Shown piece after piece: positions 57,657 to 64,000 of a stretch of 64,000 bases of DNA. The notes beneath the pieces are model-generated. The model was not told the origin of the DNA. It searched no databases and saw only the letters and a list, made by a program, of their open reading frames with translations. The DNA comes from Candidatus Hydrogenedentota bacterium (GTDB lineage: Bacteria; Hydrogenedentota; Hydrogenedentia; Hydrogenedentales; JAEUWI01). Both the position numbers and the translations under genes were made by a program. The stretch covers positions 81,862-145,861 of the forward strand of contig JAXMOL010000013.1 in the NCBI GenBank assembly GCA_034669905.1, given 5' to 3'. The first letter of the stretch is position 1, and each line of letters begins with the position of its first letter.

Positions 57657-59150
57657 TCAGGCCAAAATATCTCTGATTACGTGTCCGTGCACATCCGTCA
57701 GGCGGCGCTCGATGCCGTTATGGTAAAAGCTCAGACGCTCGTGGTCCAGCCCGAGCAAGTGCAGAATCGTGGCGTGAAAATCATAGATCGTCGCCACATT
57801 CTCCACTGCCTGATAGCCAAACTCGTCGGTGGCCCCATAGCTGTAGCCCGGCTTTACCCCGGCTCCCGTCATCCAGACGGTAAAGCCCGCGGGGTTGTGG
57901 TCCCGGCCGCTGGCACCCTTCTGGAAGGTGGGCATACGGCCAAACTCGGTGGTCCACACGATAAGGGTGTCTTCGAGGAGGCCCCGTGCGCGCATGTCTT
58001 TGATGAGCCCGGCCGCCGGGCCATCGAGGATGGGAGCGTGGACGTCGTATTGTTGTTTGAGGGTCTTGTGTCCGTCCCAGTTTCCCACGCCCTCGCCCAT
58101 GGCGTAGGCACCGTTGAAGAGCTGGACGAAGCGCGTGCCCTTTTCGATGAGGCGGCGCGCCAGAAGGCAGTTCTTTCCGAAGCCCGCCTTGACTTCGTTG
58201 GGGTCGTCGATGCAATAGAGTTTCCGGGTTTCCGGGCTCTCGTTGGCGAAGTCGCTCATGGAGGCGGCCTTGAGCTGCATCTTCGCGGCAAGCTCATAGG
58301 AAGAAATGCGCGCGCTGAGTTCCGTGTCGCCGGGGAAGCGCTCGAGATGTTTGTCGTTTAGGAAGCGCAGGAAATCGCGCGTGGCCTTCTCGTCGCCGTC
58401 TTTGATGTAGCTCGGCGTGGCCAGGTTGGGGATGGGCTTCTGGGCGTTGAAGGGCACACCCTGGAACACGGCCGGGAGAAATCCCGAGGCCCAGTTGTTG
58501 GGGCCTGACTGGGGGACGCCACGGGGATCGGGAATGGCGACGAATGCGGGGAGGTCGTTCGCCTCGCTGCCGAGGGCGTAGGAGGCCCAGGCCCCCATGC
58601 TGGGGAAGCCATCGAGGGTGAAGCCCGTGCTCATCTGGTTTTCCGCGGGACCGTGGGTGTTGCTCTTGGCCGTCATGGAGTGGATGAAGGTGTAGTCGTC
58701 TGCCATGGCTGCCAGGTTGGGCAGCATGTCAGAGATCATCTTGCCGGACTCGCCCCGGGGTTTGAAGTCCCAATGGCTTTTCGTCAGGTTGCCCTGTTCG
58801 CCCTGGAAGGTAACCAGCTTGTCGCTCCCGGGCATGGGCTGGCCGTGGCGTTTGATGAGCTCCGGCTTGTAGTCCCAGGTGTCGACGTGGGAGCACGCGC
58901 CCGAACAGAAAATGACGAGGACGTTCTTGGCTTTCGGCGTGAACTGGGGCGCCCGTGCGGCGAGGGGGGCCGAGGGCTCGATCACGGGGCGAATGGGGCC
59001 GAGGGTCGATGCGGCGGCGTTGCCCATGAGCCCTTGCTCGGCGAGGAGTGCGGAAAGGGCGATACCACCCAGGCCTGCGCCCGCGCTCTGCAGGAAGCCA
59101 CGGCGGTTTAGAAGGTGTTGTCCGTCGGGATAGATTTCATCTGGGGTCAT
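57657..59150 (-). CDS. DUF1501 domain protein (Tat-exported)
   Basis: LNRRGFL Tat motif, [48 protein letters not shown]. Confidence 0.92.
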   Translation of the reverse strand: MTPDEIYPDGQHLLNRRGFLQSAGAGLGGIALSALLAEQGLMGNAAASTLGPIRPVIEPSAPLAARAPQFTPKAKNVLVIFCSGACSHVDTWDYKPELIKRHGQPMPGSDKLVTFQGEQGNLTKSHWDFKPRGESGKMISDMLPNLAAMADDYTFIHSMTAKSNTHGPAENQMSTGFTLDGFPSMGAWASYALGSEANDLPAFVAIPDPRGVPQSGPNNWASGFLPAVFQGVPFNAQKPIPNLATPSYIKDGDEKATRDFLRFLNDKHLERFPGDTELSARISSYELAAKMQLKAASMSDFANESPETRKLYCIDDPNEVKAGFGKNCLLARRLIEKGTRFVQLFNGAYAMGEGVGNWDGHKTLKQQYDVHAPILDGPAAGLIKDMRARGLLEDTLIVWTTEFGRMPTFQKGASGRDHNPAGFTVWMTGAGVKPGYSYGATDEFGYQAVENVATIYDFHATILHLLGLDHERLSFYHNGIERRLTDVHGHVIRDILA

Positions 59151-59326
59151 TGATATATCTCACTCTCTCAGGGCCACTGTCTCTCTGTAGGGTACCAGAA
59201 AGGGACCGCTCAGGGCACATGGTGATCGGGGCGACGAGACGGTCCGAATGGTAGTTCCATTGGGTGGTGCGGAAAGGGGGAGAGGGTGGGCTGCCAAGAC
59301 GCACGTCGTTGTGTTGAGCGCGGAGG

Positions 59327-60235
59327 AGTTGAACCACGAATGGACACGAATGAACACGAATAAGGAGGGGGCGGGGGGGGCGACGGTGCGGTTCAACGCT
59401 CGTTACCACGGTCCCCGTGGTAATGCCTACGGTTCCGCTCCTGCGGGACAGCGTCTGTGTCGCCTATGATGGTCGCCACGGGTGACCGGCGTTGCCGCCC
59501 GCCTACGACGCGTCTATGACCCGCAGCGAGGTATGCATTCCGACGGAGGGCCGTAGGAACGAGCCTGAACCAGGAGGTGGTTGTTGGTCGTAGGTGATCG
59601 GGAAACCCATTTCTTCGGCCCGAAGGGCCTACACAGCTACCAGCCCGGGGCAACGCCCAGGGTAAACGAGGTACAACCCTATCATCGCCCTGAAAGGGCA
59701 ACACCCGTATCAGGCCCGTAAAATAATAACTACCACGGAAGGCACGGAAATGCACAGAAGGTAAGAAGACGCCTTCGACGCTCGTTACCACGGTCTCCGT
59801 GGTAATGCCTACGGTTCCGCTCCTGCGGGACAGCGTCTGTGTCGCCTATGTTGGTCGCCAAGAGTAACCGACGCTGCCGCCCGCCTACGACGCGTCTATG
59901 ACCCGCAGCGAGGTATGCATTCCGACGGAGGGCCGTAGGAACGAGCCTGAAAGCGGGGATTGCCGCCGTTTTGGCCCGAAGGGTCTACACAGCTTCCAGC
60001 CCTGGGCAACGCCCAGGGTAAGTAGTATCCCAGCATCCTCGCCCTGAAAGGGCATCACAGCGGTCCAATCCAGTAAAAGCGGAACTACCACGGAAGGCAC
60101 GGAATTACACGGAAGGCAAAAAATAGAGAAGGCATCGTCGCAGGAGCAATCAAAGGCGTACGATGTTTCGCGCGTTCTACTCGGACTTTGGTCCATCCCT
60201 ATTCGTGTTAATTCGTGTCCATTCGTGGTTCAACT
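59327..60235. repeat. Element bounded by 36-bp inverted repeats, containing a 382-bp-period tandem duplication
   Basis: 59327-59362 and 60200-60235 are inverted with 35/36 identity. Internal units lie at 59396-59761 and 59778-60116. Confidence 0.85.
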
Positions 60236-60427
60236 TTTTAACGCCGCCAGCGGGTTTCCTGAGTGGTAGACGGCGGAAATGGCTCTATCCACTACCCTAC
60301 GAGGGCCACCACTGCCGGTACAGCCTCGCACCCGTTGACACACGTCATTTCGCGGGTAGTTCGCGGCTGACTCTCCGCCAGAAGTGCTACTGCCTCGACT
60401 GCCCGCGCGAGGCGTCCCTTAACTACC

Positions 60428-63400
60428 TCAATTCAAATACAAAAATTCGTTCGTGTTATAAATCGCGCGGCAAAAGAGGTCGAGGCCGTGCTCCGCGATG
60501 AAGGCCGCCGAGGCTTCCCGTTCTTCCGCGTCGGGGGCGCGGTTGTAGGCGAGCACGAAGGCTTGCTCCGCCTGGGCCACGGGCTCATCGGCCGCTTCGG
60601 CAAGGCGCTCGGCGAAGAGCTTGGCCTGCTGCATCATGAAGGGGCTGTTCAACAGGTTGAGGGCCTGCAAGGGCGTGGTGGACATGGTGCGCTTGGGCTG
60701 GTTCTGGGCGCCGTCGGGACAATCAAAAATTCCGAAGGTCTCGTCCTGCTCCATGCGGGGTTTCATCTGGTAGATCATGCGGCGCCATTCGGCGGGGCCG
60801 AACTCGACCTTGGGGTCGTAGACGCGCACGTAGTTCGTGTTGGGCTTGAAGACTTCATAGCCCGGGCCGCCCATGGCGAGGTCGAGGACGCCGCTGGTCT
60901 GCAAGACGGTGTCGCGGATGGGTTCGGCTTCGAGGCGGCGCGGGGGGAAGCGCCAGAGGTAGAAAGTGCCTGCGTCGATGGCCATGGCCTCTTCCCGGGG
61001 TGTGCTCGATTGGCGGTAGGTCTGGGACAGCAGAATGCGCCAGTGTACCGACTTTGGCTTCCAGCCGTCCTGGATGAAGGTGAGGGCGAGCCAGTCGAGG
61101 AGTTCGGGGTGGCTTGGTCGAGAGCCCATGGCACCAAAGTCGCTTGGCGTCTCCACGATGCCCCGGCCGAAGTGGTAGTGCCAGATGCGGTTGACCATGA
61201 CCCGGGCCGTGAGGGGGTTGTCGGCATCGGCGACCCAATCGGCGAAGGCCACGCGCCGCGCTTGCTCCGGGGTTTCCGAAGCCAACTGGAGGGGTTCACC
61301 GACCTGATTAATGCCGCCAGGGTTCACGGGGTCCCGCTCTTCCATGGGGTCGCCGCGATAGAGGAAATTGGTGGGCTCGGCCTTCACGAACTTGCCGCCA
61401 TAGATGCGGGGGAAAGTGGTCAGTTCCTTCAACGCTGCATCGAGCTCGGGCTTCTGGGCCAGGAGGGTGTCAAGCTGTTGCTGGTCGTCATCGTTCAGGC
61501 CCACCAGGGCGAAGGGCGCGGTCGCCGGGTTGCGTCGTCCATAGGGCGCGCGGTCGAGGGAGGAGGCCACCACCTGCCATTCGCCAGCGGGCGTGCGGAC
61601 TTCCACGCGGTAGTCGGTGGCCAGGCGATCGTCGAACTGGCCTTTGCGGTCCCGTGCCCAGACGAGGCGGTTGATGGTGTGGGGGGCGGCAAAATCGACC
61701 TGGGCCCAGGCCTCGCCTTTGTCACCGGGAATCCAGCTGAAGTCATTTCCGAATTTACCATCATTCAGGTGGATGGTCTTGTGTTTTGTGTTGTCCGTGT
61801 ATTGGCTGGATGCGCTGGGTGTGGCACCCGCGCTTGCGAGGGCGACGTTGGTGGAGCTGTCTCCTGCGGAGAAAACTTCCAGCTCGTCGATGCACACATC
61901 ATTCCCATTATTGGTGCCCAGGATCACCATGCGGAGGGCGGTGGCCTCGATGGCGGGGAAGCGCTCTTCGTTGCCCTTGTGGTTTACCGCCGGGCGCATC
62001 TGGGGGCGCGTCGTGGGCATGGTAGAAGGGCCTGCACCCGGCTCCATCGGCGAGAGGGCAATCAGGTCAGCACTGACGATACGTCCGTCTTCCAGGGTGC
62101 GCAAGAAGATTCGCGCCGTGGGCTGGAGGGTGTGGACACCGCCGTCGTAAAAGCCGCCCCAGCGCCAGCCCTTCGTGACTTCGTCTTCCTGGTTGGCCAT
62201 TTTGTGGTGGTTGACCGTGGCGAGGGTGGTCTGGTCCTCCGTGGTGGCGCGATTGCCATCCTGATCGAGGATATAGGCGACCTTATAGGACCGGTCTTCC
62301 CCGGCAATCCAGGAAAGCCAAATCTGGTGTTCGCCCGTGGCGTCGAGATTCCAGGAGAAGTGGTCCGTGTTGGCCACGCCTTCCCAATAGAGATAGGATT
62401 CGCCCGGCCCCTGTTTGCTCTTGGCCACCGAGGCGCGGCCGAGGGGACGCCGGAGCATGGAAACACTCGGTGCGCCGCTGAGTTGGAAGAGGGGGCCATC
62501 GTCGTCGATGCAGGTCAGGCCCAAGGTGGCCTGGGGGCGATAGTTCGCCAGCTTGCTGTCGAGCTCGGTGATTTGTGCACGGATCGTTTCCGCCTTGGCC
62601 ATTCGTTCGTCGTAGTCTGCCGGGCGCACTTCCCGTTCGCCATGCTGTACCCCGGAGAATATGGCGCGAAGTTGGAAGTAGTCCCGCTGAGAAATGGGGT
62701 CAAACTTATGGTCGTGGCACTTGGCGCATCCCGCCGTAAGGCCGAGAAAGGCCGCCGAGGTGCGGTTTACCATGTCGTGGAGTTCGCCGTCCCGCTGGTT
62801 CTTGGTCAACACGATGTCGGGACTCTTTACGCGGTCCCAGGGGCCAGCCACGAGATAGCCCGTGGCCATGTCGGCCCCCATGGCGTCGCCCGCGAGCTGT
62901 TCTTTAATGAATTGGGTGTAGGGCATGTCGTCGTTGATGGCTTGGATGACATAGTCGCGATAGCGCCACGCATTGGGGCGGGGGATATTGGTTTCGAAGC
63001 CGTCGGTCTCGGCAAAGCCCACCACATCGAGCCAGTGCCGCGCCCAGCGCTCGCCATAATGGGGGGACGCGAGGACGTGGTCTACCAGCTTTTCATAGGC
63101 GTCGGGTGCGGTGTCGTTGAGGAAGGATTCGACCTCTTTCGGCGTGGGGGCCAGTCCAAGGACATCGAGATAGAGGCGACGGATAAGGGTGCGCCGGTCG
63201 GCTTCGGGGGAGGGGCTGAGGCCTTTTTCGCCGAGCTTCTGATGAATGAAGGCGTCGATGGGATTGGCCGACCATGCGGCGTCGGAGACTTCGGGGACGG
63301 TGGGCATTTCGGGTGCGCGGAAGGCCCAGTATTTGGGTTCATCGGCGATGGTCGCCGCGATAATAGATTTGGCTTCGGCCTGGGCGGCTTCCACTGTGGT

Positions 63401-63778
63401 GCCGGGCCAGGGGGTGCCTTCGGTAACCCAGCGCTCCAGGATAGCAATAGACTCGTCGGGGAGCTTTTCCTCGGGGGGCATCTGGAGGTCGGCGTTTTCA
63501 TAGTGGACCGCCTGGATGAGGCGACTGCTCGCCGTGTCGCCGGGAATAACCGCCGACTTGACGAAGAGCTGGGCGAGAGAGTCGAGGCGGAGCCCGGACT
63601 TCTGTTCTTCCGGGCCGTGGCAGCCGATGCAGTTTTTCTGGAGTACGGGCATCACCTGCTCGTTAAAGAAGGTATCAGCCTCGGGGGACTCCGCCGTGGC
63701 GAAGGGGGTCAGTGCTACCGTACATGCCCAAATACCACCCGAAATCCCGCGCATCACGGGATAGAATATTGCTCTCAT
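60428..63778 (-). CDS. Planctomycete cytochrome c / DUF1549 / DUF1553 (PSD1) protein with a discoidin-like insert
   Basis: CIGCH, NPIDAFI, YGERWARHWLD, CAKCHDHKFDP, NPLTARVMVNRIW, PSHPELLDWLA, TPLQALNLLN. Confidence 0.93.
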   Translation of the reverse strand: MRAIFYPVMRGISGGIWACTVALTPFATAESPEADTFFNEQVMPVLQKNCIGCHGPEEQKSGLRLDSLAQLFVKSAVIPGDTASSRLIQAVHYENADLQMPPEEKLPDESIAILERWVTEGTPWPGTTVEAAQAEAKSIIAATIADEPKYWAFRAPEMPTVPEVSDAAWSANPIDAFIHQKLGEKGLSPSPEADRRTLIRRLYLDVLGLAPTPKEVESFLNDTAPDAYEKLVDHVLASPHYGERWARHWLDVVGFAETDGFETNIPRPNAWRYRDYVIQAINDDMPYTQFIKEQLAGDAMGADMATGYLVAGPWDRVKSPDIVLTKNQRDGELHDMVNRTSAAFLGLTAGCAKCHDHKFDPISQRDYFQLRAIFSGVQHGEREVRPADYDERMAKAETIRAQITELDSKLANYRPQATLGLTCIDDDGPLFQLSGAPSVSMLRRPLGRASVAKSKQGPGESYLYWEGVANTDHFSWNLDATGEHQIWLSWIAGEDRSYKVAYILDQDGNRATTEDQTTLATVNHHKMANQEDEVTKGWRWGGFYDGGVHTLQPTARIFLRTLEDGRIVSADLIALSPMEPGAGPSTMPTTRPQMRPAVNHKGNEERFPAIEATALRMVILGTNNGNDVCIDELEVFSAGDSSTNVALASAGATPSASSQYTDNTKHKTIHLNDGKFGNDFSWIPGDKGEAWAQVDFAAPHTINRLVWARDRKGQFDDRLATDYRVEVRTPAGEWQVVASSLDRAPYGRRNPATAPFALVGLNDDDQQQLDTLLAQKPELDAALKELTTFPRIYGGKFVKAEPTNFLYRGDPMEERDPVNPGGINQVGEPLQLASETPEQARRVAFADWVADADNPLTARVMVNRIWHYHFGRGIVETPSDFGAMGSRPSHPELLDWLALTFIQDGWKPKSVHWRILLSQTYRQSSTPREEAMAIDAGTFYLWRFPPRRLEAEPIRDTVLQTSGVLDLAMGGPGYEVFKPNTNYVRVYDPKVEFGPAEWRRMIYQMKPRMEQDETFGIFDCPDGAQNQPKRTMSTTPLQALNLLNSPFMMQQAKLFAERLAEAADEPVAQAEQAFVLAYNRAPDAEEREASAAFIAEHGLDLFCRAIYNTNEFLYLN

Positions 63779-64000
63779 GGAGTACTGTCCTCATACTTCC
63801 TATACACGCGCCTTACTCAGTCTTAGCATGATGACAAACGGGGGGGGAAAGGTCAAATGCAGTTGACGGTGGGCCTGGAGTCAAGTGCTAAATGCAACAT
63901 GTTGTTCTATGCGTTGTTCTCTAAGGACTTGATTTGGCGATCGGTATCCTAGGATTTTTCTTCTTCGGTTGTTTAGTTCTTCCTCTATGATGTCCAGGCG

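Noticed and set aside
733..63826. Long antisense ORFs (e.g. 733..2037, 6850..9180, 18776..21754, 46518..48437, 60488..63826)
   Set aside because: They mirror well-supported genes on the other strand and have no motifs; this is the expected shadow of GC-rich codon usage.

Overview
GC-rich bacterial chromosomal window of about 37 protein-coding genes. I recognised no rRNA, tRNA, CRISPR array, transposase or phage gene. The gene content (DUF1559 prepilin-like protein, DUF1501 with DUF1549/DUF1553, BlaI/M56, many secreted ceramidase-like hydrolases) suggests a PVC-like or Hydrogenedentota-like organism; this is inference only. From left to right: four tandem secreted neutral-ceramidase-like paralogs; a long minus-strand envelope-stress run (DUF4097, ECF sigma, anti-sigma, repeat surface protein, two ABC modules, MFS, DegP, thioester alpha-2-macroglobulin); assorted hydrolases, sensors and transporters; apt, a sigma-70 paralog and tadA; a BlaI/M56-LRR sensor; and a DUF1553/DUF1501 pair. 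The most unusual structure is non-coding. Composite palindromic (REP-like) blocks bracket the DUF1559 gene as direct repeats, and one block carries an apparently captured gene fragment. The DUF1559 promoter is AT-rich and has a DtxR/MntR-like operator. A separate ~0.9-kb element with 36-bp terminal inverted repeats and a 382-bp internal tandem duplication lies between the DUF1553 and DUF1501 genes. All product calls come from motifs read by eye; no database search was run.
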